A DNA stretch of 64,000 bases from an uncultured Holophagales bacterium. Lineage in GTDB: Bacteria > Acidobacteriota > Thermoanaerobaculia > Multivoradales > UBA5704. Of the stretch, positions 40,477 to 51,720 are shown in pieces; position 1 is the first letter of the stretch, and every line of letters starts with the position of its first letter. The translations under genes were made by a program, and so were the position numbers. The notes under the pieces were generated by a model. That model was not told where the DNA came from. It did no database searches and saw nothing but the letters and a program-made list of their open reading frames with translations. Where the stretch lies: positions 96,001 to 160,000 of the forward strand of contig CAWJGT010000024.1 in the NCBI GenBank assembly GCA_963842525.1. Direction: 5' to 3'.

Positions 40477-43400
40477 ATGGCGATTCTCCGTTCGATGATC
40501 CTCCGTCTTGCCGCGGCCGGCCTGATCCTCGCCACGGCCGCTCCCGCTCAGCCCCCTCAGGTTACCGAGCCGGCAGCTCCGACCCTTGCCCCCGCCGGGG
40601 TGGAGATCGACTCGGCGACGTTCGGCGCGCTCGAGGCCCGCCCGCTCGGACCGGCCGTGACGAGCGGCCGCATCGCGGCGATCGACGCCGTCGCCGACGA
40701 CCCGCTGACGATCTGGATCGGCACGGCCAGCGGCGGCGTCTGGAAGTCCGCCGACGGCGGCATCACCTTCAAGCCGGTCTTCGACGACCACACCCAATCG
40801 ATCGGCGCCGTGGAGATCGATCCCAAGGACCCGAAGACCGTCTGGGTCGGCACCGGCGAGTCCTGCACCCGCAACAGCGTCTCGATGGGCGACGGCGTCT
40901 ACAGGACGACCGACAACGGCGAGTCCTGGACGCGCATGGGCCTGGAGAATTCCGAGCGCATCGCCCAGGTGCGGGTGAGCCCCGCCGACAGCAACGTGGT
41001 CTTCGTCTGCGCCACCGGCCACCTGTGGAACGCTCACGAGGAGCGCGGGGTCTTCAAGACCACCGACGGCGGCAAGACCTGGAAGAAGGTCCTCTACGTG
41101 GACGCCGACACCGGCTGCTCCGACCTCGACATCGACCCCCAGGAGCCGCGCATCCTCTATGCCGGCATGTGGCAGTTCCGCCGCAGCCCGGACTTCTTCG
41201 AGTCCGGCGGCCCGGGCAGCGGCCTGTACAAGAGCACCGACGGCGGCGAGACCTGGAAGAAGCTGGAACAGGGGCTGCCCGAGGGCGAGAAGGGACGGAT
41301 CGCCGTGGCCGTGGCGCCGTCGCGGCCCAGCGTGGTCTATGCCCAGGTGGAATCCAAGAAGACCGCCCTCTACCGCTCCGACGACACCGGCCAGACCTGG
41401 GAGGAAGTCAACTCCTCGTTCAACATCCAGGCACGCCCGTTCTACTTCTCCCACCTGGCGGTCGATCCGGTGGACCACAACACGGTCTACAAGCCGGGGC
41501 TCAGCCTCACCACGAGCACCGACGGCGGCCGCACGTTCACCACTTTCTTCAGCGATTTCGGCGGCAACGTCCACGGCGACCACCATGCGCTGTGGATCAA
41601 CCCGAAGAACCGCAACGAGCTGATCCTCGGCACCGACGGCGGCGCCTACATGTCCTACGACCGGGGCCGGCACTGGCGGCACATCGACACGCTGCCGGTG
41701 GCCCAGTTCTACCGCATCAGCTACGACATGGCCTGGCCCTATGCGGTCTACGGCGGCCTGCAGGACAACGGCTCGTGGTCGGCGCCGTCCCGCGCGACGG
41801 GCGGCGTCAAGCTCCGCAACTGGCGCAACATCGGCTTCGGCGACGGCTTCTACGCCTTCCCCGATCCCGCCGACGCGGACCTGGTCTATGTGGAGTACCA
41901 GGGGGGCGAGATCTCGCGGCTGCGCCTCTCCACCGGCGAGAACCGGGACATCAAGCCGCGGCCTGGCAAGGGCGAGCCCGACTACCGCTTCAACTGGAAC
42001 ACTCCCATCCACCTGAGCCGCGGCGAGCCGGGGACGGTCTACATCGGTGCGCAGTTCCTCTTCCGCTCGCGCAACGCCGGAGAGTCGTGGGAGAAGGTCT
42101 CGCCGGACCTCACCACCAACAACCCGAAGCTGCAGCGGCAGAGCCAGTCCGGCGGCCTGTCCCCGGACAACACCACGGCCGAGAACCACACCACGATCTA
42201 CGCCATCAGCGAATCGCCGAAGAACCCGCAGGTGATCTGGGTGGGGACCGACGACGGCAACCTCCAGCTCACGCGCGACGGCGGCAAGAGCTGGACGAAC
42301 CTGGCCGGCAACCTGCCGGGCGCCCCGGCCGGCGGGTGGGTCTCGAGCGTCGAGGCCAGCCGCTTCGACGAGGCCACGGCCTATGCCACGGTGGAGAACC
42401 ACCACCGCGGCGACATGAAGCCGTACGCTTTCAAGACCACCGACTACGGCCGGACCTGGAAGCCGCTTGTCGCCGGCGACAGCGATGCCGTCGAGGGCTA
42501 CGCCCACATCCTCCGCGAGGATCTGGAGAACCCGGGCCTCCTCTTCCTGGGCACCGAGCGCGGCCTCTACCTCAGCGTCGACGGCGGCGCCCGCTGGGCG
42601 CGCTTCACCGGCAACTTCCCGCAGTACGTGGCGGTCCGCGACCTCGCCATCCACCCGCGGGAGCACGACCTGATCATCGCCAGCCACGGCCGCGGCGTCT
42701 TCATCCTGGACGACATCACGCCGCTGCGGAAGCTGACCCACGACATGCTGGAGCAGGAGGTGGCCATGCTGCCGGCCCGTCCGTCAGTGATGGTCATCCC
42801 CTCGTCGGCCCAGGAGTTCACGGACGACTCGGAGTACGTGGGGCCGAACCCGAGCGAGGCGGCCAGCATCGTCTACTACATGAAGAAGCGCCATCTGATC
42901 GGCGATCTCCTGCTGGAGGTCTTCAACGAGAAGGGGGAGCGCATGGCCGCCCTCCCCGCCGGCAAGCGGCGCGGCATCAACCGGGTGGAGTGGCCGATGC
43001 GGCTCAAGCCGCCCAAGATGCCGGCGGGGCAGCTCGGTGGTCCAGGCCCCCGGCGCTTTCCTGGGCCCGCGGACCCCCATGGGGACCTATACGGTCAAGC
43101 TCGTCAAGGGAGGCCAGACCTATACCGGCCAGGTGGTCCTGGTGCCGGACCCGCGCTCCACCCACTCGGTCGAAGACCGGGCTCTCCAGCAGGAAAAAGC
43201 CCTGGAGGCCTACCAGATGCTGGAGCGGCTGACCTATGTCGCCGACGCGGCGGTGGACGCCCGCGATGCATTGCGCAAGCGGGCCGACGCGCTGCCGAAG
43301 GGAGACCGGCTGCGGCGGCAGATCGTGGCGGCGGCCGGCGAGCTCGACGTCGCTCCTGGCCACGCTGGCGGCCACCGGCGAGGGGAGCATCTTCGCCAGT

Positions 43401-43643
43401 GAGGAGCAGCTCCGCGAGAAGCTGGGCACGGTCTACGGCAGCATCAACGGCTACGACGGCCGGCCGACGAAGTCCCTGCTCGACCAGTTGGAGGTCCTGG
43501 GAGGGCGGCTCGACCAGGCCGCCGCGCGGCTGGAGGCGATCGCCGCCAAGGACCTCGCAGCCGTCAACAAGGCGCTCGTGGCACGAAAGATGGAGCCGGT
43601 GAAGCTGATGACGAAGGAGGAGTGGGACAAGAAGCAGGTGTGA
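40477..43643 (+). CDS. secreted VPS10/BNR beta-propeller protein (frameshifts near 43030 and 43350)
   Basis: Paralog of 26871-30254: ARPLGPAVTSGRI, Asp-boxes, HGDHHALWINP, GGLQDNGSW; C-terminus continues in ORFs 43037 and 43236. Confidence 0.88.
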
Positions 43644-43644
43644 G

Positions 43645-43701
43645 CCTCACCCCCTGTCCCCCTCTCCCATCGTCCTCCCACCCACCGGGAGAGGGGGGAC
43701 G
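43645..43701. repeat. REP-like palindrome CCTCACCCCCTGTCCCCCTCTCCC...GGGAGAGGGGGGAC
   Basis: Near-identical copy at 49133-49190; both sit just after stop codons. Confidence 0.8.
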
Positions 43702-43723
43702 TAGATCAGGCCGTTTTGGCAAG

Positions 43724-43774
43724 CTGAGGCAATCCGGATCGCCCCGACCTCGGGGTCGTTCCGGTTTGCCTCAG
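43724..43774 (-). terminator. hairpin between convergent genes, probable terminator of rpsU
   Basis: ctgaggcaatccgga...tccggtttgcctcag inverted repeat. Confidence 0.5.
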
Positions 43775-43807
43775 AATGTCTGGTGTTTGGTATGGGGGTG
43801 AGGAACG

Positions 43808-44017
43808 CTACGCCAGACCCTGGCGCCGCTCCTCGAGCAGCTTGCGCATGATCTTCTTGCGAGCCTGCACGGCCTTGCGCTTGCGCTTGACCGAAGGCTT
43901 CTCGTAATGCTGCCGCTTCCGCAGCTCGGTCAGGATTCCGGACTTCTCGACCTTGCGCTTGAACCGGCGGAGCGCATTCTCGAAGCTCTCCTCCTCGCGC
44001 ACGTGCACAACGGGCAT
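43808..44017 (-). CDS. rpsU: 30S ribosomal protein S21
   Basis: [48 protein letters not shown]. Confidence 0.97.
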   Translation of the reverse strand: MPVVHVREEESFENALRRFKRKVEKSGILTELRKRQHYEKPSVKRKRKAVQARKKIMRKLLEERRQGLA

Positions 44018-44122
44018 TGTGAGTCTCACCTCTCTTCCGTGTCAGGATGCCGCGTCCGAACAGGACGCGAAGCTCCAATTTCGCTCAAGTGCGGTGGAAA
44101 GTCAAGCGCCGGAGCCGACTAG

Positions 44123-45031
44123 TCAGCCGGTACCCAGGCCGGTGGAGGAGGGCTCCGGGCTCGCGGGAGCGGCCGGGTAGCTCTCCGGCCGGAGGCCCTC
44201 GCGGCCCGGTCCGACCGCGTCGAAGTCCACCTCGTAGACGACGTAGCCCTTCCCCTGCTGCTGGAACCAGACCGCGGCGGCCCCGCCCTGCGCGTCCTTG
44301 GTGTAGAACCAGGCCGTGATTCCCTTTTCGGGGTACTCCCGGACGTTGTTCAGGTTGGGTTGCCCGAGGGCCGCCCGGACCTCCTGCTGGGTCATCCCTT
44401 CCTTGACCTGCGCGAAGCGCTCCGCCGTCATGTAGCGCCGGGCGCGGGCGCTCTCCAGCTCCTGCCGCAGGCGCGGGTTGTCCGGGTCCACGGCGAGAGC
44501 GGCCTCGTAGATGTCGAGGGCCCGCCGGTAGTCGCCGCCCCGCTCGATGTGCTCGCGGGCGAGGCGGATGTCCTCGTCGCTCTTCATGCGGACCGCCTCG
44601 AGCAGCCGCCCGGACAGCGGCTCGCCCTCGACCGCCGGATGGGCGTTGATGAAGTCGATCAGGCGGCGGTTGAGCTCGTCGGTCTGGCCGCGGACCTCCT
44701 GCTCGAGCTTCTCGAGCGTGTCGCGGGCCGCGGCCGGTGGGGGGGCCGGCGAGGCCGGTCCGTCCGGACGGGCAGCGGCCTGCGTCCGGGCGAGCTGATT
44801 GCGCTTGCCGTCCAGACGCTGCTTCGCCTGCCGGAGCCAGGCCCACTCGGCATCGTCGGCGGCCTGGACCTGCTCGTCGGCGCCCCGGCCGGAGCGGCCG
44901 CAGCCGGAGAAAATGCCTGCAAGGAGGCTGGTGGAGAGGAGCGTCAGGGCGAGCACGGCGGGCCATTGCGGGGGCCATCGCGGCGTGGGACGGCTGGGCT
45001 CGAATCGATCGCTGGCGGGCTCTCTGTCCAT
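44123..45031 (-). CDS. TPR + BamE/SmpA-OmlA-like domain (lipo)protein
   Basis: Hydrophobic N-terminus with FSGC; TPR GDYRRALDIYEAALAVDPDN; FAQVKEGMTQQEVRAALGQP...WFY. Confidence 0.7.
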   Translation of the reverse strand: MDREPASDRFEPSRPTPRWPPQWPAVLALTLLSTSLLAGIFSGCGRSGRGADEQVQAADDAEWAWLRQAKQRLDGKRNQLARTQAAARPDGPASPAPPPAAARDTLEKLEQEVRGQTDELNRRLIDFINAHPAVEGEPLSGRLLEAVRMKSDEDIRLAREHIERGGDYRRALDIYEAALAVDPDNPRLRQELESARARRYMTAERFAQVKEGMTQQEVRAALGQPNLNNVREYPEKGITAWFYTKDAQGGAAAVWFQQQGKGYVVYEVDFDAVGPGREGLRPESYPAAPASPEPSSTGLGTG

Positions 45032-45215
45032 CTCGTTTCCCGGTCGGAGCGGCAAGGTACCACAGCCCGATAGGCCCCGCCAGTCCCGGGTCCGCCTCTA
45101 AGCCCTTGTGGAAACGGGGGTTTCGCGCCCGGCCATGCCTTGACACGTGTGGAACGGCTACAGAATAATGAGCTGCCTTCAGATGAGTCTGACGAGAACG
45201 CGCGGAGAGCTGAGG

Positions 45216-46845
45216 ATGTCCCTTTCGGAAAGAGTCCAGCAGATCAATCGGGAGATCAGCGCCACTGTGGAGCGCGCTCTCTCCGGCCTGCGCGAGGAAG
45301 TCTCGCAACGCCTGCGCAGCAGCCACGAAGAGGTCCTGCGGCGCCTGGACGAGATTACCCCGGAGCTGCCGGGCGCCTACCTCGCCGACCAGGACATCCA
45401 TCCGGTCGCCGAGCAGATGGCCTCGGCCGCGGCGGCCGTCGCGGGTGCCGTGGCGCGTCACAACGCCTTCGTCGAGGCCCGTGACGCCATCGCCGCGATC
45501 GACCGCTCCCGCTCGCAGGCGGAGATCCTGGCAGCGTTGCTGCGCGAGTCGTCGCGCTTCGCCTCCCGGGCGGCCGTGCTGCTGCTGCGCGGCGACGAGC
45601 TGCGCGGCTGGGGCGGCCAGGGGTTTGGCGAAGCCGAGCCGGGCATCCGCGAGCTGGCCCTTCCCGCCTCGGATGGAAGCCCGTGGGGCCGGCTGGCGCA
45701 GGCCCAGGGCGCCGAGCGGCTGAACGCCGCCGAGTGCGCCGCGCTGTGCAGCCGGATCGAGGCCCCCCTGCCCCACGACGGGCTCCTGGTGCCGCTGGTC
45801 CTGCGCGACCGCATCGCCGCCGCCCTCTATGCCGACCGCCTGGACGGCGACCTCGCGGTCGAGGCCCTCCAGGTCCTCTGCAATGTGGCGGCGCAGGCCA
45901 TCGAGCTGCTGCCGTTCCGCGATCGGCCGTTCACCCCGACGCTGAATCTGGAGGGCGATGGAGCGGCCTCTCCCACGGTGTCCGAGCCCGCTCCCGCGCC
46001 GGTCCCCGTTCCCGAGCCCGAGCCGGCGACCGAGCCGGAGGCTGCCCCGGAGGTCGTCCCGGAGGCGTCGAGCGCGCCCGCCGAGCCGGAGCCCGCCGTC
46101 GCGGCAGAGCCCGAGCTGCCCGAGTTGGAAGCCGAGCCGGAGCCGGTCCCCTCTCCCTGGGCGTTCACGCCTGCGGAGCCGGAGGCGGAGGCCGAGGTGG
46201 AGACGCTCTCGGACGTGGAGGCGATCCCCGAAGAGCTTCCGGAAGAGCCGGCTCCGGCCTCCGAGCCCGCCAGGTTCGCCAATATCGCCTGCGGCCACCG
46301 TCTACCAGCCCATCCCGGTCCCTCCCCCGGCGGCCAGCGAGGCGACCGTCCTGCTGCAGCGGCCGAATCTGCAGTCCGTGCCGGCCCCGCCGGCGCCAGC
46401 GGCTCCAACACCGCTGCGGCCGGTGCCTCCCCCGGCGCCCTTGTCTCAAACACCGCCACCCGAGCCGGCCGAAGCCGCGCCCAGCAGCTCCCCGGCCAGT
46501 CTCGCAGGCTCTCCGGAGGTCAAGCCACCGAGCGACGTCGAGGGTCCGGGCTGGGCCTTCGCCACCGGCCGCGTCGCCGTCTCGCCGAGCGAAGAGGCGC
46601 TGCACGAAGAAGCCCGCCGGCTGGCGAGGCTCCTCGTCAGCGAGATCAAGCTGTATAATGAGGAGCAGGTTGAAGAAGGCCGACGCAAGCGCGACGTCTA
46701 TGAGCGGCTCAAGGAGGATATTGACCGTTCGCGTCAGATGTACGAGGAGCGGGTGGAGCCCCGGATCCTCAAGTCGACCGATTATTTCTACCAGGAGCTG
46801 GTGCGGATCCTCGCCGCGGGGGACGCCAAGGCCCTGGGTATCTGA
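45216..46845 (+). CDS. GAF-like domain protein with Pro/Glu-rich linker and helical C-terminal domain (frameshift near 46280)
   Basis: LLVPLVLRDRIAAALYAD (GAF-like); C-terminal HEEARRLARLLVSEIKLYNEEQV...EDIDRSRQMY in the second frame. Confidence 0.75.
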
Positions 46846-46895
46846 AACCTGCCAGTTGTCGCGCCTCCGGCCTTCCGGAGCGCTGGTGGAGCGCA

Positions 46896-49128
46896 GTGAG
46901 AAGTTCTAGAAGTGCTTTTGTAACGCGTAGGAACCTTTTCCCTCTCGCCCTGGTCCTCCTCGGAGCCCTGTTGCTGGGGTCCGCCCCGCAAACCCTGTCG
47001 CGGACCGGCTCGATCGCGCCGATCCCCGGCACCTCCGACCGCGCGGCGCTGATCTACGCCGAAGCGGCCGCCGCGGTCCGCAGCAAGGATTGCGCCGGCG
47101 CCTACAAGGTCCTCAACCCGCTGATGACGGGCAAGGGCCAGGAGGCCTCCTTCGCCCGCCTGCTGATCGGCTTCTATGCCCACGCCTGCGAGCAGGTGGG
47201 CTACGCCGAGGAGCGGCTGTTCGCCGCCAGCGATCCGGGCGGGTCCCTGGAGGACTGGCGCCTCTACCTGCTGAGCGACAGCGCGGCGGCCCAGGGGCAT
47301 ACCCTGCTCGCGCAGGCCTCCCTCGGCAAGCTGATCGGCGACTATCCCGCCTCTCCCCTGCGCCCGCGCGCCTTGCTCAAGGCGGCGACGATCGCCTGGG
47401 AGCGGACCGACTCGCAGCGCGCCCTGGAGCTGATCGAAAAGGCGCGGCGCGACGGCGTCAAGGGCGAGGAGAAGGCGCAGATCGAGCGGCTGGCCTGGGA
47501 CATCGGGACCCGCCTGGACGACCCGGCGATCCGGCGTGAAGCCGCCCGGCACCTGCTCGCCGAGGCGCCCGCGGTGGCGTCCGAGCTCCAGGTGGCCGAG
47601 ATCTTCCGCGGCCCCGGCGGCGACCTCGCCTGGGGGAGCTTCCTCACCGCGGAGCAGCTCCGCCGGCGGGCCCGCGCGCTGCTCGACATGAAGCTCGATC
47701 CGAACGCCGGGTCGTCGCTCGACGCCGTTCCCGCGAGCGAGCGCAATGTCGAATGGTACCTGCTCAAGGCCGAGTCGCTGACTCGCCAGGGGAAGGGCGA
47801 GGACGCGCTGTTGCTCCTGGCCTCGCGGACCACGGCCGATCCCGGGCAGGCGGCGGCGCTCGAATGGGCTCGCGCCATGGCGGCGGACGACGTGGCCACG
47901 GCCCGCCGCGGCCGGACCAACCTTCCGTCGGCCGAACGCCAGCGGATGCGGAGCCTCGCGCAGCAATACCTGCAGAAGGTGGCCCAGCCGGGCGCCGATC
48001 CCGAGCTGGCGGCCAAGGCCCTGCGCACCCTCTACGCCGACCAGATCGAGGACGACCTTTTCGATGCGGCCATCGCTTCGCTGCGCCAGCTCCGCAAGCG
48101 TCGATCCCGCCGACACGACCGGCGCGACCCATCTCTGGAACCTGGGCTGGCGCGAGTACGGCCGGCGCAACTACAGCGGCGCCGTGGGGTATTGGACCGA
48201 GCTGTACGCCCTCTACCCCAACGAATCCAGCGGGCGCCGGGGCCGGTACTGGACCGCGCGCGCTTTCGAGCTCCTCGGCGAGACCGAGCGGGCGCAGCAG
48301 ATCTATGCCGACGTGGCCTCTGCGGACACCACGGACTTCTACCGCAAGAACGCCCTGGCGCGGCTGCGCCAGCAGGCTGCCGCCAGCCCGCGGGGCGGAG
48401 CGGCCACCGAGCCCTGGCCGAACGATCCGGCCGTGGCACGGGTGCGGCTGCTCACCGACCTCGGGCTCGAGGATCTGGCCCTCTCCGAGCTGGCCATGGT
48501 CCGGGAGGATGCGCCGCCGCGCTCCGTGCGCGCCCTCGAAGCGCTGATCCTGGCCCGCCAGGGCGACCGCCGCAAGAGCGTCATGGCCATCCGCGACGCC
48601 TTCCCGGCGCTGGGTGGCGCCTACCAGGCGAGCCTGCCGGAGGAGGCGCGCCGCATCTACTATCCGATCGACTACCAGGACACGATCCGCACCTGGGCGA
48701 CGCGCAACCAGCTCCCGCTCCACCTGGTTTTGGGCATCATCCGCCAGGAGAGCGCCTTCGACCGCAACGCCCAGAGCTGGGCGGGCGCGCGCGGCCTGAT
48801 GCAGCTCATGCCGGCCACGGCGCGCGAGCTGGCCGGCAAGCTCGGCCTTTCCTACACGCACGAAAAGCTCTCCGACCCGGACTTCAACCTCCGGCTCGGC
48901 ACCACCTACTTCAGCAACGTGCTCGACATGTTCGGCGGCAACGTCGAGCTCTCGCTCGCCGGTTACAACGGCGGCCCCTACCGGATCAAGCGACTGTGGA
49001 AGGAGTGGGGGACATCGGAGATGGACCGCTTCCTCGAGAGCCTGGACATCGAGGAGTCGAAGACCTACGTGAAGCGGATCCTGGTCCTCTCGGACAGCTA
49101 CCGGCAGCTCTACTCGATCCCGGGGTGA
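46896..49128 (+). CDS. slt: soluble lytic murein transglycosylase (Slt70-like) with TPRs (frameshift near 48095)
   Basis: IIRQESAF, GARGLMQLMPATA, AGYNGG, ESKTYVKRI. Confidence 0.9.
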
Positions 49129-49132
49129 GTGA

Positions 49133-49190
49133 CCTCACCCCCTGTCCCCCTCTCCCGTCGCCCCCCCTCCGGCCGGGAGAGGGGGGACGT
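49133..49190. repeat. REP-like palindrome (second copy)
   Basis: Matches 43645-43701. Confidence 0.8.
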
Positions 49191-49235
49191 GGTTCGGCGG
49201 CCGTGCCTACGTTCACCTATCGGGACGCGCCCGAT

Positions 49236-49348
49236 CGCCCCGGGTTGACACCCGGGGCTACCCAGTTCCGCCCTCCGGGCTCTGGAACCCTCAGCTCTCG
49301 CGAGCCCGGAGGGCGACATTCGGTAGCCCAGGGTGTGAACCCTGGGCG
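49236..49348. repeat. inverted REP doublet (BIME/REPIN-like)
   Basis: Left arm cgccccgggttgacacccggggctacc...cgccctccgggctc is mirrored by gagcccggagggcg...ggtagcccagggtgtgaaccctgggcg. Confidence 0.75.
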
Positions 49349-50795
49349 AGGGCTGCTGCTGCTGCTCCTCCTTCTTTCCGCCTGCGCCCGCACCCCCGCC
49401 CCGCACGACGGCCCGATCGTGCTCGTCACCCTCGACTCCCTGCGGACCGACGTGGTGGACGGGCTCGGCGGTCCGCAGGGGCTGATGCCCCGCCTCTCGA
49501 AGCTGGTCCACGAGGCTGACTGGGCCGGCCCGGCCATCTCTCCCTCGAGCTGGGGGGTGCCGGCCATGGCCTCGATCTTCACGGGTCTGCAGCCGTGGCA
49601 GCACCAGGCCCTCCACGCCGGCCAGGCCCGGCTCGCGCCGGAGCTGGTCACGCTGCCCGAGGCGCTCGGTGCCCGCGGATACACGACCGCCGGGTATTTC
49701 ACCGGCCGCTGGTACTCCGACAAGCTCGGCTATGCGCAGGGGTTCGACATCTTCCAGAACCTGGGCCGGGGCCGGCGCGCGTTCGACCGGCTGGGCAACC
49801 TCGGCGGCGGACGGCAGCTCGTCTGGGTGCACCTCCCGGAGCCGCAGGCGCCTTATGTATTGCGCGACGAGCTGATCACCCGCCTGGCGCCGCCGCTCCC
49901 TCCCACGCTGCCGCGGAGGATCCTGACCGCCCAGCTCGAGCCTTTTTTCGATCCCGCCGAGCCCCTTCCCCCGGGCCGACGCCGCCAGTTCTGGGCGATG
50001 TACCGGCTCAACGCCGCCTGGGCGGACGAGCGGCTCGGCCGCGTGCTCGACGCCCTGCGCGCCAGCGGCCAATGGGACCGGACGCTGCTGGTCGTCACCG
50101 CCAACCACGGCGAAGAGTTCGGCGAGCGGGAGCAGATCCTCCACGGCGGCAACCTGGGACGCCGGCTCCTGGAGGTCCCCCTGGTGATCAAGCTGCCCCA
50201 GGGGTTCGGCCGCCGTCTCCACATCCCCGCCGGGCAGCGGGTCGGGACGGTCCGCCTGTGGGCGACGCTCGTCGAGGCTGCCGGGGGCACCGCACCGCCG
50301 GCCGTGGCGCCCAGCCTCTTCCGCCCGGCGCCGGCAGGCGTGCTCTCGGAGCTCTACCTGACCAACGGGACCAACCAGTTTTCGTGGGTCGAAGGGAACG
50401 ACCAGCTCCTCTGGGAGTCGCGCTTCGCGCCGCCGGAGCCGGAGTACTACCGCGCGCTCCGTGCCGTGGGCCGGTCCGGGCTCCGTCTCTCCGAGCCGCC
50501 GGAGGCGATCTTCGCGCGCCTGGATGCGGCCTTCCGGACCGCGCCGCCGCTCTCGGGGACGGGCGCGCCGCGCCTCACCCTGGAGCGCTGGGACGAGAGG
50601 GAGAGCCGGCCGGTGGTCGATCCTGCACGGACGGCCGCCATGGCGCGGCGTCTCGCCCAGGCCTGGAACCGGTTCGCGCCGGGAGAGCTGGTCCCCGGCG
50701 AGGAGGAGACCGCCTGGAGCCGGCCGTCCCCTCCGTCGGCGCCGGCCCGGAAAAAGGGTGGCTCCAGGCAGACGGCAGCTCGTGGGCAGGGATGA
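49335..50795 (+). CDS. sulfatase-like (alkaline phosphatase superfamily) lipoprotein
   Basis: Lipobox LLSAC; IVLVTLDSLRTD, ASIFTG, WVHLPEP, VVTANHGEEF, EVPLVIK. Start is uncertain (GTG lies inside the REP element). Confidence 0.75.
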   Translation: MNPGRGLLLLLLLLSACARTPAPHDGPIVLVTLDSLRTDVVDGLGGPQGLMPRLSKLVHEADWAGPAISPSSWGVPAMASIFTGLQPWQHQALHAGQARLAPELVTLPEALGARGYTTAGYFTGRWYSDKLGYAQGFDIFQNLGRGRRAFDRLGNLGGGRQLVWVHLPEPQAPYVLRDELITRLAPPLPPTLPRRILTAQLEPFFDPAEPLPPGRRRQFWAMYRLNAAWADERLGRVLDALRASGQWDRTLLVVTANHGEEFGEREQILHGGNLGRRLLEVPLVIKLPQGFGRRLHIPAGQRVGTVRLWATLVEAAGGTAPPAVAPSLFRPAPAGVLSELYLTNGTNQFSWVEGNDQLLWESRFAPPEPEYYRALRAVGRSGLRLSEPPEAIFARLDAAFRTAPPLSGTGAPRLTLERWDERESRPVVDPARTAAMARRLAQAWNRFAPGELVPGEEETAWSRPSPPSAPARKKGGSRQTAARGQG

Positions 50796-50830
50796 TATAC
50801 TCGCGAACCGCCCTGAAAGGGGCGCTTCCC

Positions 50831-50903
50831 GGGTCCATAGCTCAGCGGTTAGAGCATCCGGCTCATAACCGGACGGTCCCTGGTTCAAATCCAGGTGGAC
50901 CCA
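50831..50903 (+). tRNA. tRNA with CAT anticodon, most likely tRNA-Ile2 (lysidine); CCA not encoded
   Basis: GGGTCCA/TGGACCC acceptor stem, D-arm TAGCTCAGCGGTTAGAGC, anticodon arm TCCGG-CTCATAA-CCGGA, T-loop GGTTCAAATCC. Confidence 0.93.
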
Positions 50904-50967
50904 CTCCGAAGCTCGGACGGGGCTCTAATTTTTTCTCTTTCTTCCTAGAGGAGTTGCTATCTCATCC

Positions 50968-51720
50968 ATGAACCCGCAGATCGAAAAGGTCGTGGAGCTG
51001 CAGGACGCGATCTCCCGCCTCCGCGAGGCCGAGCAACGGCTGCATGGCATTCCGGACTGGATGCGCGAGCTCCACGACGAGCATGTGGCCCGCCGCGCGG
51101 AGATCGACGTTCTCGACGAAGCCGCCCAGACCGCCACCCGCGAACGCCGCACCGCCGAAGCCTCGACGCAAGACGCCCAGGAAAAGCTCAAGAAATACCA
51201 GCAGCAGATCAATCGCGTCAGCACCCAGCGCGAATATGGAGCGTTGCTCCAGGAGATCGACACCGTGAAATCACAGATCTCCGGCTTTGAGGAGCAGGGC
51301 CTGGCCGCCCTGGAGAAGACCGAGCAGACGCAGAAGGAGCTGGAGGTCAAGCGCGAGGGCTTCCGCGAGCTGGACGAGCGCTACCAGACCGAGCTTGTCC
51401 GCTGGGAGAGCGAAAAACCGGAGATCGCCCGCCAGGCCGAGGAGCTGCGCGCCAGGATCGCCGCGCTGCGCGCCCAGGTGCCGCGCCCCCAGCTCTCGCT
51501 GTTCGACCGTCTCCTCGATCGCTATCCCGGCGGGGCTCTCGCGTCCGTGCGTCCCATCGAGCGCCCCGGTCGCACCCAGCGCGAGTGGCATTGCAGTGCC
51601 TGCAACTACCGGGTGAGGCCCCAGACCGTGGTGGAGATCCGCAACTCGGGCACCATGGTCCAGTGCGACAGTTGCAAGCGGGTCCTCTATCTCGAGCCCG
51701 AGCAGCAGCAGGACTTGTGA
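50968..51720 (+). CDS. coiled-coil protein with C4 zinc ribbon (DUF164 family)
   Basis: Long coiled coil with REYGALLQEI; CSAC and CDSCKRVLY. Confidence 0.88.
   Translation: MNPQIEKVVELQDAISRLREAEQRLHGIPDWMRELHDEHVARRAEIDVLDEAAQTATRERRTAEASTQDAQEKLKKYQQQINRVSTQREYGALLQEIDTVKSQISGFEEQGLAALEKTEQTQKELEVKREGFRELDERYQTELVRWESEKPEIARQAEELRARIAALRAQVPRPQLSLFDRLLDRYPGGALASVRPIERPGRTQREWHCSACNYRVRPQTVVEIRNSGTMVQCDSCKRVLYLEPEQQQDL

Noticed and set aside
46896-50795. 1299-aa transglycosylase-sulfatase fusion
   Set aside because: Artefact: the slt frameshift plus a stop-free frame across the REP elements; slt ends at 49128.
50831-50903. tRNA as a prophage/ICE integration site, or as initiator tRNA-fMet
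   Set aside because: No integrase or duplicated 3' end seen; it has a paired G1-C72 and lacks the GGG/CCC anticodon stem of initiator tRNA.
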